From IMG/VR virus record IMGVR_UViG_3300011008_000004, positions 1-64,000 of that record: a stretch of 64,000 nucleotides of DNA; one strand, 5' to 3'. Of the stretch, positions 7,733 to 18,446 are shown piece by piece (the stretch's first letter is position 1; each line of letters opens with the position of its first letter). A program made the translations under genes and the position numbers. This stretch comes from a virus. Lineage: Duplodnaviria > Caudoviricetes. Below the pieces are notes generated by a model. That model did not search any database and was not told the origin of the DNA. It saw only the letters and a program-made list of their open reading frames with translations.

Positions 7733-7790
7733 CTAAAAATGTTATAGAGAACGAAAAATCTTATAGCTATTTTACAACTATAAGATTTAA

Positions 7791-7827
7791 TGGGTGCAGG
7801 CCTGGGAGTCGAACCCAGTATAGCATG
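7791..7827 (-). other. orphan tRNA 3' half (T arm, acceptor strand, CCA)
   Basis: CTGGG-TTCGACT-CCCAG-GCCTGCA-C-CCA. Confidence 0.65.
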
Positions 7828-7852
7828 TATTGTATATACTTATTTATTATTA

Positions 7853-8686
7853 TTATACTTTTTTATTATTGCGATTCGGTGATTGTCTGCCTTTTAACTT
7901 ACAGTTACCTTTATGCCAGCCTTCAAGTATATATTTATCTAAATCATCTACATTAATATAAATATTTATAGAATCATTTGTAATTTGAATCTTATTTTTA
8001 TTTTTTGGAGCTTTTCCTTTAAGTGCTTCTGATACTTTTAATCTAGTCTCATTTGAAACGACTCGGTTTTGTGCTTTTATTTTTCTGCTTAGTAACTTTT
8101 CAGTGGATAATGAAGGTCTTATTGAGCAAGATTTCGAACAAAACCTACCTGAACCATATTTTATAGACATCAGTTTTCCACAAGTTTCACAATAATGCGC
8201 TTCACTTTCCCAAGAGTTTATCTCAGATTCTTTTAATTTTTTTCTACTATTTATATTAATAGGAGAGTTCCAACTATTGTATTTTTCAAAACGTGTAGCC
8301 TTTGATTTTTTATATCTCTCTAGCAGTTGTTCTTCTGATAAGCTTACTTTTTTATATTTATCTCTTAATAGTTGTTTTGTCTTATCTGAATGATGTCTTC
8401 CTTTAAATACAGGGCCACCTTCACCTCCTAAAGTTAAATTATAGCAATTAGGATCTGCAACTAGCGCTTCAGTAACTAATTCCTTCTCTTTAGCATTCAT
8501 TTCTTCTTCTGTAGAAAATACAAACAATATTTCTCGGGTAAAATTAGCTTTTCCATACTTTTTTATAGCTTTTACTAAAGCTATACCTGAGCCTAAATAG
8601 CCGTCATTTAAATTCTTACATTGATGCTTACCAATATAAAATTTTTGATTTAACATATTAGTCGTTTTATAAATTATATATAGCAT
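7853..8686 (-). CDS. GIY-YIG homing endonuclease (Seg-like) with NUMOD3-type DNA-binding repeats
   Basis: YIIYKTTN..NQKFYIGKH..YLGSG; YNLTLGGEGG; GRHHSDKTK. Confidence 0.9.
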   Translation of the reverse strand: MLYIIYKTTNMLNQKFYIGKHQCKNLNDGYLGSGIALVKAIKKYGKANFTREILFVFSTEEEMNAKEKELVTEALVADPNCYNLTLGGEGGPVFKGRHHSDKTKQLLRDKYKKVSLSEEQLLERYKKSKATRFEKYNSWNSPININSRKKLKESEINSWESEAHYCETCGKLMSIKYGSGRFCSKSCSIRPSLSTEKLLSRKIKAQNRVVSNETRLKVSEALKGKAPKNKNKIQITNDSINIYINVDDLDKYILEGWHKGNCKLKGRQSPNRNNKKV

Positions 8687-8759
8687 AAAATATTCCTTTA
8701 TTTTTATTTACTATATATAATTTAGCTATACACAAATATCAAAAACTATATGATGTGTA

Positions 8760-9820
8760 TTCCACTCGTCTGCGATATAACAAGATTGACGAGTTACTTT
8801 ACTCCACTTCTGTGTTTATTATCACTTTATGGATCTATTCAACAGTGTTAGGCGTTACTCTACATCTTCAATCTATATGATACGCTCTATTGCGGCTACT
8901 GGTTGAGCTTACCAGCTCCTCATCTCTTGATATTATCTCACTCTTATCTGCCAACTTAAAAGACTATAACGTTATGTAATATTATTTAGGACGTAAACAA
9001 CTAAACGTCACACAGGTTATTAGACAATTTACCGAGAATTTCCTTACCCTTTATGTATTAGATTTCTCCCTCTAATCAGGAATAAGCCCAAACTTACTCA
9101 TTGAAGAATATCTTCAAAATTCCCCAGCTTTCTAGAAGTCCACTAACCGCTTTCGGTAGCACATAGGCTACCAATTGCGACAACATTCAGTACTGGGTGG
9201 TGGAACTATTATCTATTGAAAGTCCGCTCGATTTGTGCATTGTTAAGAGGCATGATTGGATCTATCAAACAATTTGGCGATTCCCAATATTTCTATTCTG
9301 CTCGCCAACAGAACTATCGAAACGACAATCCTTGGGAAAGGCATGTCCAGTACCAACTACAATGTAGTCGCACCTGATTGGATTGGATACCAACCTTAGT
9401 CATGCAATTATTGGCAGTTACTCAAACTCCATTTGACTCAGACAATTTCAAACTCCGTATAAAGAGATAAACATTTGAACTGTTGCACCAATAACCTACC
9501 ATATTACTCTTGGCATAGAGCAATGCTTGAAAATCAAGTTTAACGCATAACGCCAATCTCTTAAACTTCCACATTACAAAGTTTGTTCATTTGATAACCT
9601 CTAACCCAATTCTCGTGTGCATCTTACTCGGTTATCATTGATATCCATCCACATACCTTTAAAGAATTCGTAGTTTAATTGAACTAAACTTGGACTCCAT
9701 TGATTAACAGAGGTTATAAATCAATTTCACAATCCTATCTCACTCCGTTTACATCTAACAGTCTCGAATACTGTAATGCCGTCCTCACGGGGTCTCCTAA
9801 TTCGGATATCAGTTCCCTAA
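8760..9820 (-). ncRNA. candidate very large structured ncRNA (~1 kb)
   Basis: no ORF of 60 aa or more, raised GC, dense hairpins, longer-range ATAACCTCT/AGAGGTTAT pairing. Confidence 0.5.
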
Positions 9821-9826
9821 ATATAT

Positions 9827-10111
9827 TTAATTTAACCAATTAATAAACAGACTTATAACGTCTAAGTTATATTCTGAATCTTTATTGACAACTAAATCTA
9901 CTACAAAACCTTTTGAGAATAATTCATCTTTGATTTTATTAGCTGTTTCTAAACCTACTGAAGTTAAGTCCCAGCCATTAATCATATGGCTATTATTTTT
10001 AGCTTCTTCTTTAATAGCTTTATATATTCTATTAATCGTACTTCTAGAACTATCAGCTATTTGTTTCGCTTCTTCAGCGGTTATCACTGTTATTTTACTT
10101 TCTTTTTCCAT
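9827..10111 (-). CDS. hypothetical protein, paralog of 53841..54119
   Basis: shared ITA.EA..I.D / KGF.V motifs. Confidence 0.7.
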   Translation of the reverse strand: MEKESKITVITAEEAKQIADSSRSTINRIYKAIKEEAKNNSHMINGWDLTSVGLETANKIKDELFSKGFVVDLVVNKDSEYNLDVISLFINWLN

Positions 10112-10195
10112 GCTTCTTCTCCTACCGCTTAAGGACTAAGGCCACTATGGAATCGGCCAAGGGAATCCTAATCATTTAAAGACTGATCAATCTTA

Positions 10196-10271
10196 TGGTC
10201 GGGGTGGCGGGACTTGAACCCACGACCTCTTGATCCCAAATCAAGCGCCCTACCAACTGGGCTACACCCCG
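10196..10271 (-). tRNA. tRNA-Pro(UGG)
   Basis: canonical cloverleaf, CCA. Confidence 0.95.
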
Positions 10272-10341
10272 ATAATACAGGCTCCGGTTGCAATAGAGAT
10301 TCTTTCGAACACATCTATGCCAGCGGAGCAATATTTATAAA

Positions 10342-10545
10342 TTAGTATTCAGTTAATATAGCTACATCATTTGTAAATTCAACTAATCTAACGAATGAAT
10401 CTATATCAGTATCAGATAAATCATAAAATTTTCTAAAATTTTGTACAGCTTCTTCTATATTGTCAGCTTTTGTAATTGCGACATCATCTGAAAAATCATG
10501 ATCAGTCATAACATTAGGTTTAGAATATACATATAATTTTGGCAT
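10342..10545 (-). CDS. hypothetical protein
   Basis: ORF with AAGGAG SD. Confidence 0.7.
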   Translation of the reverse strand: MPKLYVYSKPNVMTDHDFSDDVAITKADNIEEAVQNFRKFYDLSDTDIDSFVRLVEFTNDVAILTEY

Positions 10546-10702
10546 ATAATCTCCTTAATATAAACAAGAGTATAAATTTACTTATTAGCTAACCGATTCT
10601 TAACTAATATCTTCTATCCTGTAAAGATTCCTATACAGCGGATCTGTAACCAAAGATGTTCTACATTTAATGGATCGTACTATTTGAACTAAAGTAAATC
10701 AG

Positions 10703-10779
10703 TGGCGACCTCGATGGGTGCTGCCCCCACTATCTCCAGCGTGACAGGCTGGCGAATCTGCTTGTTTTTCCTCAAGGCC
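10703..10779 (-). tRNA. tRNA-Asp(GUC) with non-canonical T loop (GGCAGCA)
   Basis: anticodon arm CCAGC-CTGTCAC-GCTGG, G73-CCA. Confidence 0.8.
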
Positions 10780-10974
10780 AGGTAATCTATTTGACTTGTC
10801 ATCATCTTAAAGTACTAACAATAAATAAAAATACTAAGGTAAATAGATAATACCTTTGTTATGTAGTCTTATGACTTTACAAGACTATAACAATCATCTT
10901 ATAAACTCTCATCCTCTCTTTCGCTGGACGTGCGCTTAGGTTTTCTTGACAAGAGTACTAAGCATTATACTCTA

Positions 10975-11050
10975 TGGTGGACCCAATCGGGATCGAACCG
11001 ATGACCTCCTGCTTGCAAGGCAGGCGTTCTACCAACTGAACTATGAGCCC
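10975..11050 (-). tRNA. tRNA-Ala(UGC)
   Basis: canonical cloverleaf, G3:U70, CCA. Confidence 0.95.
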
Positions 11051-11131
11051 AGGTCTTCTGTCTCTCCAGAATGTCAATTGTCTTTCCAATTCGCCACAAC
11101 AAGAGTAGTAAAAACTAAATACTATTTTAAC

Positions 11132-11731
11132 TTATCTATAATTTTTCCAAGATCTTTTATTATCATCGTATAAATCATAAAACGTTTCACCATACGTTTC
11201 TTTAGCGTAATTTATATATTTAAATATGCTAGTAATATCTATTATACGTAACTTTAATTCTTTTTCAAAAGCTTTAACTTTATCATTATAGCCACCACAC
11301 CAGTTGTCATCAACAGTAACATTATGCCACTAATATATACTACCTCTATAATTACATATTATAGGTCTATTAGAAGATCTCTCTAAGTCAAAAGCATTTA
11401 AGCCAATATGTTTAATAGAGTTAGGTAATATAACTAACTTAACATTTTGACAATTGGCGAATGCATAACTACCTATGTCTATAATACCATTAGGTAAATT
11501 TAAAGTTGAAAATTCATCTGTCTCATACATAAAATTATCAGGTATCGTAGTTAAGTAAGGCATTGGATTTATACCAGATTTATATAATATCTCAGTAAAA
11601 CATTTAGTTGCCTCTACATAATGTATACTGAAACCCAGCTAATCATATATAGGTTTAAAATTAAAATTGTCTATGTCGTCTTTATACTTCTCTATCTATT
11701 CTTTTACGATATCTACTATATAGTCTTTCAT
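11132..11731 (-). CDS. BspA-type LRR protein (code 15, 3 TAG)
   Basis: open frame with TAG=Gln; LPNGIIDIGSYAF repeats; ATGA overlap with upstream gene. Confidence 0.85.
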
Positions 11732-12402
11732 TCTTGAATTTGTAACTCTCTTACGCTTATATATTTATCATTAAATTGATCTACTGGTTCTTTCTCACAA
11801 TAAACTTGTTTAACGTTTGTTTCATGCTCTAGCTCAAATCCTAAATCATATGCTTTACATACGAACGTGAATTGTTTAGCAGTGCCATCATAAGACAATA
11901 CTGTTAAATTAGGACACTCCTAAAATACACCTTTTCCAATATAAGTCACGTGCTGTAAATGTAGTATATGTAAATTTTGGCAATCTTTAAATGCATAATC
12001 TTCTATAGATTCTAATTTATTAGATAAATTTACTGTTTGTAACTATCTACAATGTTTAAACGCCATAGATTCAATTTTTCTAACACTATCTGGCATATAA
12101 ATCTTCTTTAATTCACGACAATTACGGAATGCTCCCATGTGAATAGATTCAATGCCATTTGGAATTCTAAACTCTTCAAAATCCCATCCAGCAAAAAATC
12201 CAACAGGAATATATTTTAAATCATCTAATGGACTTAATCCTGCGTCAATTAAAATACGAGTCATATCACCTATTTCTTCCATAGAACTTAATGTTTGGCC
12301 TCCAAGATAAGCATCACTATATAATTTTCCAAACTTACATGCATTTATATCATCAGCATGTTTTTCTAAAAACTATTTCAATGTATAAGATATATTCATC
12401 AT
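11728..12402 (-). CDS. BspA-type LRR protein (code 15, 3 TAG)
   Basis: LRR periodicity continues across the TAGs; ATGA overlaps at both ends. Confidence 0.85.
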
Positions 12403-13202
12403 ATCATATTTTCCTATTCGAAATTAGTGCCATCTATATGGACATCGCCATCATTACAATGCACTCTAGTTACAGTGTAAGGTCTATTTAGCCAAGTGCT
12501 ACAATGATCATCTGCATTACTTACAACACTCTGCCAATCTAATTTACTGCCATTAAAATCTATGGTACTTAAATTATCACACCCAATGAAAACTCTTTCT
12601 CCTAAATGTATTTTAGGATTATCAATTTTTATATATTCTAATTTACGACAACTGTTAAATGCGTCATTGTCTATGCTCTCTAAATTTAGTCCTGTGTAAA
12701 CTCTTGTAAGATTAGCACAACCTAAAAATGCTTTAGACATTAAATCACATAAACTATTTGGAAGTACCACAGTATTTAAACTTCTACATTCACTAAATGC
12801 GTATGGCTCTATAGTCTTTAAACCTTCTGCAAATCTTATGCTAGATAACATGCTGCATTCAGCGAAAGCTGAATCTTGAATTAATACACATTGACTATCT
12901 TTTTCAAAGTCTAAAGCTCTTAAATTTTTACATCTAAAATAAGCATAATCTGCTACGTATTTAATATTCTTAGGGATATTAACAGTTATCAATTTAACAT
13001 CATAACTATTATAATTCTCAGGAATATAAGTTAAATAACTTAAAACAGGTATGCCTGCACTATATAGCACTTCAGTTAATTTATGGTTACTTATACCTTG
13101 AACTGTTATAAGTTTATTATACAGTTCATCTAATTTATTTTCATTTAGAAGTTCTTTATATTCTTCTAAAAATTCATAAAGTCTTTCTTCTGATTCTGTC
13201 AT
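12399..13202 (-). CDS. BspA-type LRR protein
   Basis: IEPYAFSECRSL repeats; TAG read-through gives a TGA overlapping the next ATG. Confidence 0.88.
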
Positions 13203-13831
13203 TATTTCAAATCCAATAAAACATTATATAATTCATCATTAAAAACTATATCGTCAAAATTATCATTAAATCCAGCATAAGGTTCAATGAAACTATAATT
13301 ATTAATTATAATATAACATATTAAACTATAAAAGTCAACTGCTTCATTCTCATTAGCTGCTTCTTTATAAAATTCAGCTAATTCATTAGATACTTCAAAT
13401 TCTACTATAAGAGTAGGGTGATTTGGATCATTATCATAGTTAAAATGAGCATTAAATAATTTCTTATCAAAACAGTCTATAACTGCTTGTTCAGCAATAT
13501 TTTGAGCATGAGTAGTATCACCTTCAGTATGTGAAGCAAGTCCTCCAGCGTCAGTCATATAACCTTTAGCATCAGCGTAACGAGCATCATGTCCATCATT
13601 ATCTTTTAATGTTCTACAATTAAATCCACCTGCTTCTGAATAATTAGCTTGAGCATGAGCGCCATAACCATTGGTAAAACTATAATCGCCTATAGCAAAA
13701 CAATCAGAATCTTTTGCTTGAATACTGTGTAATCCAGTACCTAATTCCCAAATATCAGACTTCTTTGTTTCTCTTTTAAATTCATTTCTGAGACTTTCTA
13801 ACTAATCTGGAGTAACAAAAGGTATTCCCGT
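13202..13831 (-). CDS. adhesin/fibre-like protein with YadA-head-like repeats (code 15; apparent ACG start)
   Basis: frame open from ACG after GAGG SD through one TAG; AIGDYSFTNG, SHTEGDTTHA repeats. Confidence 0.6.
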
Positions 13832-13974
13832 AAATAAACCTCATAATATATTATAAATAATTTAGCTTCTATGATATATGTTTATGTAATAAAAACAAAA
13901 ATGTGTCATAGTTGATTCGCTATGACACATAGACTATTTTATAAAGGTATACAAATACCTCTAATTATTTAGCT

Positions 13975-14388
13975 TCACTTAATTAGCTCAGGAGTATCAT
14001 ATATGTTCCCTACGACTTCAAAGTTATCACTTGTATAGTCTGTAGGGTTCAACCAAACATAAGCATTGCTAATCGGAATGAACGCGAATGTACATACAGA
14101 TTGTTTATATTCTATTACATGAAGTTCAGAATAAGATCCATCTGTTACATTAACTATATCTCCTTCAAAAATTTTCTTGCCATTTTTATCTATTAAACCT
14201 ATGTATTGTTCAACTGTTTCTTCAAACACAGCTTCTGGTTCACCTATATCGTAGTCATATGTTTTAGTGCCATCTATTATAAAGTATTTATTTGCTTCTG
14301 TTCCATAGTAGTCTGTTTGATGAATTAGTCCGCCATAAACCCATTCATTATCTAAAACTCTTTTCGCTCTAAATATAAATTCTTTCAC
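13975..14388 (-). CDS. YopX-family protein
   Basis: FRAK..WVYG; QYIGLIDKNGKKIFEGDIV; EVVGNIYD. Confidence 0.9.
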   Translation of the reverse strand: MKEFIFRAKRVLDNEWVYGGLIHQTDYYGTEANKYFIIDGTKTYDYDIGEPEAVFEETVEQYIGLIDKNGKKIFEGDIVNVTDGSYSELHVIEYKQSVCTFAFIPISNAYVWLNPTDYTSDNFEVVGNIYDTPELIK

Positions 14389-14919
14389 TTATATTTCCTC
14401 TAGTAATTTTGGATTGTCATATTTGTTTCCAATTATTTTTACAAAATCTATACAGTTATCTAACTCATTAAAATTCCAATATAATTCCCACAATGATATA
14501 AAGGTATCACACATACAAGCCTCTAATGGATTATTACAGCTTGTATAAAATAGAATATTTTCATCTATCTTCTCCCAGTTGATATTATGTGAATATATTC
14601 CAAATGCACCTTTATCGAAAACAATTTCACCTTTCATACCGAAGAAAGATACTATATCACCCTCATATATTTCTACATGATTATTATCATATATACCTGT
14701 AAATTGACATAAAGTATTTACATCTATATCAGCTCTCAGATGTCGATTCGGTAAATCCCAATCAGTCATTTCTTCAAAAACAATCTGATGAATGTCATTA
14801 TCTTTATCTGCATCATTGTCTTCTTTAAAACAATGTGTTGTTCTATGCAAATGAATGTATTGACCATATCGCCATTTGTTAGTGTCTATATCTCTAGCTC
14901 TAAACTTAATGTCTGTCAT
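14389..14919 (-). CDS. YopX-family protein
   Basis: IKFRA; QFTGIYD..EIYEGDIV; IIGNKYDNP. Confidence 0.9.
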   Translation of the reverse strand: MTDIKFRARDIDTNKWRYGQYIHLHRTTHCFKEDNDADKDNDIHQIVFEEMTDWDLPNRHLRADIDVNTLCQFTGIYDNNHVEIYEGDIVSFFGMKGEIVFDKGAFGIYSHNINWEKIDENILFYTSCNNPLEACMCDTFISLWELYWNFNELDNCIDFVKIIGNKYDNPKLLEEI

Positions 14920-14921
14920 GA

Positions 14922-15254
14922 TTATTCACCCAACATTATCTTTCTATATGTTTCAACAGATATCTCGCTATTCTCGTAGTCTATCTCAGCTTGTAATTCT
15001 TTTTTAGAAGCAAATGTATTTGGAAAGTATATATTACTTCTTATTTTCTCTACCGCATCTTTTGAAGATATATCGCTTTTAGATTCATCAACGCATATTT
15101 CACTTACAATGAAAGCGCTATGTTTGCATTTCTCTAAAAGATAAATAAGCTGTTTCTTTGAGTATTGTTTAAAGTTACTGTTTATAGTTATCTTTTTAGC
15201 GACTTTAATCTTATTTTGTTCTTTGCCTTTTTCTAAAATTTCATCTATTTTTAT
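14922..15254 (-). CDS. hypothetical protein not in ORF track (no in-frame ATG)
   Basis: ~110-codon open frame filling the gap (..IDEILEKGKEQ..). Confidence 0.45.
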   Translation of the reverse strand: MKIDEILEKGKEQNKIKVAKKITINSNFKQYSKKQLIYLLEKCKHSAFIVSEICVDESKSDISSKDAVEKIRSNIYFPNTFASKKELQAEIDYENSEISVETYRKIMLGE

Positions 15255-15852
15255 AAACCATATACCTTTGGAAGTCTATCATAAACATCTTGTGCAATAG
15301 AATCTATAGTAACGATCGTATCATGCCAACCGGCGTAAGCATTAGGTAACCACATGATTTTTACAATACAATTCTTTTCTTTACAAATATTTATTGCTTC
15401 AGTTATGTCATTAATTGTTGGTATTCCACCATCAACTATAAAAGTTTCTAATTTAATTAACATTTTATTTTCTCCACTAAAAACATATTTTCAAATACAT
15501 AATCTTATACTATTTCAGTATTACTTTTTTCGTTAATCATTTTTAAATATGGTAAATATGGCCACATTGTTAATGTATAATCAGTAGCATCAAAACCAAT
15601 ATGATCTATATAGAAACCATTTTCCGCATAATTACTACTATAAATTATTTTTAAAGTATATCCTTGAAATCCTTTAATACTGTAGCATACAATATCTTTA
15701 TCTCTTTTGTGAGGAAATTCTTCTAATTCTTCTTTAATGATATCATACGCATATTTACCTATAAGTATATATGGATTATTGTAAAGCTTATGATTCTTTA
15801 ATTCATCAATTTGTCTAAATTTAGTTACAACATCAATAAATGTATCTAGCAT
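15251..15852 (-). CDS. two small hypothetical proteins (15251-15463, 15505-15852)
   Basis: ORF track, tight packing. Confidence 0.65.
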
Positions 15853-15862
15853 ATTATTCCTT

Positions 15863-16348
15863 TTACTTCAACTTTTCTATAGCTTCCCTTACCAAATCTT
15901 CATTTAACCCGCCAGTATGATTAGTACCAGACCATTCACTTTTAACTAAATGTGGCATTAAATTATACTCTTCAAAATCATTAAAAATATCATCATCTAA
16001 AATCACAAAATTATCTACTTTATTTTCTTTTACGTAATTATAGATGCCTTCTCCTCTATGAGCTAGATTTGTTTCATATCTCGTTGTAGTATCGTATATC
16101 TCTAAGTTATGCTCTCTTAATTTTTCTCTGAGATATTTACCCACTTTGTAATGAAACCCATCTGACATATACTTCTCATAGTCTATTTTCCAAGTTGATG
16201 TAAGTACAATCTTAGCATCTGTTGCATCTATAATTTGTTTTAATAAAGCTACCTTTGGTCCATCTATTCCAATGAAACCTTGACATCTAGCTTTAGAAAA
16301 AGCAGAATTAACTACACCATCAATATCTAAAAATATTACTTTATTCAT
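15863..16348 (-). CDS. HAD phosphatase (Swiss-army-knife RNA-repair type)
   Basis: FLDIDGV, IVLTSTW, FVILDDD. Confidence 0.85.
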   Translation of the reverse strand: MNKVIFLDIDGVVNSAFSKARCQGFIGIDGPKVALLKQIIDATDAKIVLTSTWKIDYEKYMSDGFHYKVGKYLREKLREHNLEIYDTTTRYETNLAHRGEGIYNYVKENKVDNFVILDDDIFNDFEEYNLMPHLVKSEWSGTNHTGGLNEDLVREAIEKLK

Positions 16349-16541
16349 TTCCGCCTCACAATGTTATTTATTTTTTAATTGTTTATACTTACAGTACATT
16401 ACTGCCTGTAGACTCTCTCCCCAGGTATTTGGTAGATGTTTGCAATCTACTCTATAACTTGCCTGGCCACTGTGAGTATCTTTTTGTATTCTTTTACAAT
16501 ATTTGCATTCTTGACAATATTTAGTTTCTTCAAATGTCATA

Positions 16542-17081
16542 TTATTTTCTCCCTAACGTAAATAGCCAATATACTATATCATATATAAGCCTAAAAATTT
16601 TAATAATTGCAAAAGCAATATATAATACTGGAAAAGCAACAAAAAATATCAAATACATTATAAGAGACCCGAACCAGTTAAGTTTTGTATCTTGGTATAT
16701 TTCTATAGGATTTTTACCGAGTATTTGCGTTTTAAATCCCATGTAATAACATACACCAAGTAAACTGCTAAGACCACCTATTGCAATATAAGATAACAGT
16801 ATAATTAGTAATATTTCACTCATAATTTACTCTCTTCCTACTGTAAATAAGATTTTAGGTATAGCATAAAATATGTAGCCTAATGGGCAAACTATAATCA
16901 ATAGAATAAATATAGAAACTGCTCCAAACCAATTTACTTTAATATTATTATAAATTTCTTTTGGTGATTTATATATAACCTTTAATTCATCTTCTTGAAT
17001 CGTTGCTGCTGTAAATGCAATAAGAGTAATTAAAGAAATTAAAGCATAAATTATTAAAATTACTATTAAAGTTTGAGACAT
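16542..17081 (-). CDS. two paralogous small membrane proteins (16542-16823, 16827-17081)
   Basis: shared P.EIY...K.NWFG and LFT.GR motifs. Confidence 0.75.
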
Positions 17082-17085
17082 ATTA

Positions 17086-17965
17086 TCACTCCTCTATTAA
17101 AGTGTTAGGTTGAATAGCTCCCCCGTTGTCATCATAAAAATCATCATGAATTTCGAAGTTGAATCCGCGTGATTTGTACTTTTCATTTAAAATCTTCCAC
17201 TCTTTTTGAGTTAAACTCCTATTTATCATTCTTAAAGCAGCATCTTTATTTAAACAATAACTTTCTTCACTTTGTGGATCAGTTAATAAAATCGCACCAG
17301 GATAACCTGTTATATCGTCTATAAATCTTTCATCTTCTTCAAGACTTTCTATTTCATCAAAATGTAATACAGTACAGGTTGGACACATATGTAAGATCTT
17401 ATTTTTACCTATAATTACATGTAAAATTTCTGGATGAGACGAGTATCCACAAAATTGACATCTTAAATTCTTTTCATCGCTATAATCACTTAAACTCATA
17501 CATTCCTCATTAAAATACAAAGTTATTTCTTGGTTTGTTTTTCCAATCAATATATTCTTCTTCTAACATTCTGCTTATAGATTTATAAGCATTATCACAA
17601 AGCCATATCTTTCCTATACAATAATCCTCTAAAATCTCTGGAGAAAACATAAATCTATACATCTTTAATACTTCACCGTCATAGTTTTCCGCTAGTTCTT
17701 GAGGATCATTCTCTAATTCACTTATTTTATTAAAAAGTCTTTCTCTAGATTCTTTAGTTATAAATATACTTTGATTTTTATCTAGACTACATGTAGCTTT
17801 GGCTTTTGGCTTTGCTCTTTTCAAACCTAATAGTTTATGACTATCATTGGAACTAGGCACAACTGCGTCTATAATAAGATTATTTTTATCTTCTTGAATT
17901 TGAGCTGCACTCTGATGACAATCATATACTTTAACTACGTCAAATGTAACTTTCTTTTCTATCAT
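17086..17965 (-). CDS. two hypothetical proteins (17086-17550 with CxxC pairs; 17510-17965)
   Basis: ORF track. Confidence 0.7.
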
Positions 17966-17977
17966 GTTACTTCCCCT

Positions 17978-18406
17978 TTATGCTTTATTCCTAGTAAAAT
18001 CAATATTAGTCAATTCAAAATTTTCCACAACGCTACATCCATTTTCCGTAGGTTTTAAAGCGCCGTAACCATAAATAGTCATACAGTTTTTCTTATCACA
18101 AAACATATTATAATCTAAATTTTCCTCTAACAACTTGTCCTTAAGAGTGTTAAGAGTTTCGAATTCACCCCAAAGCACATTATCTTCCCACCAATAATTA
18201 AGGAGTCTATGCGAAGCAATATTCATAGGTAGATCGCCGTAGTTATTTAACACTCTATCATCCAAAAGATAGCCAAAGAAACAACCGCTATCTATTCTTT
18301 CTTTAGTTATAGGTGAATTTAAAGCATCCTCTATAGCTTCTTTTGAGTATACTCTTCCATTTCCATTCGGAATATCGCATCTAATAATTTCACTTTTAAA
18401 TTTCAT
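17978..18406 (-). CDS. T4 gp21-like prohead protease homolog, possibly degenerate
   Basis: PNGNGRVYSKE, ASHR, GEFETLNT motifs. Confidence 0.6.
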   Translation of the reverse strand: MKFKSEIIRCDIPNGNGRVYSKEAIEDALNSPITKERIDSGCFFGYLLDDRVLNNYGDLPMNIASHRLLNYWWEDNVLWGEFETLNTLKDKLLEENLDYNMFCDKKNCMTIYGYGALKPTENGCSVVENFELTNIDFTRNKA

Positions 18407-18446
18407 ATATCATTACCTAATTACGAAAATCATTTTTTTTTACTAA

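Noticed and set aside
7828-9420. Group I intron in a tRNA carrying the GIY-YIG gene
   Set aside because: Only weak R/S-like words (GCGACTA, TTATAGTCT); no terminal G at the expected 3' splice site and no proper tRNA 5' exon
10564-11107. ACAAGAGTA occurring three times near tRNAs
   Set aside because: 9-mer in AT-rich DNA, irregular spacing, no shared structure seen
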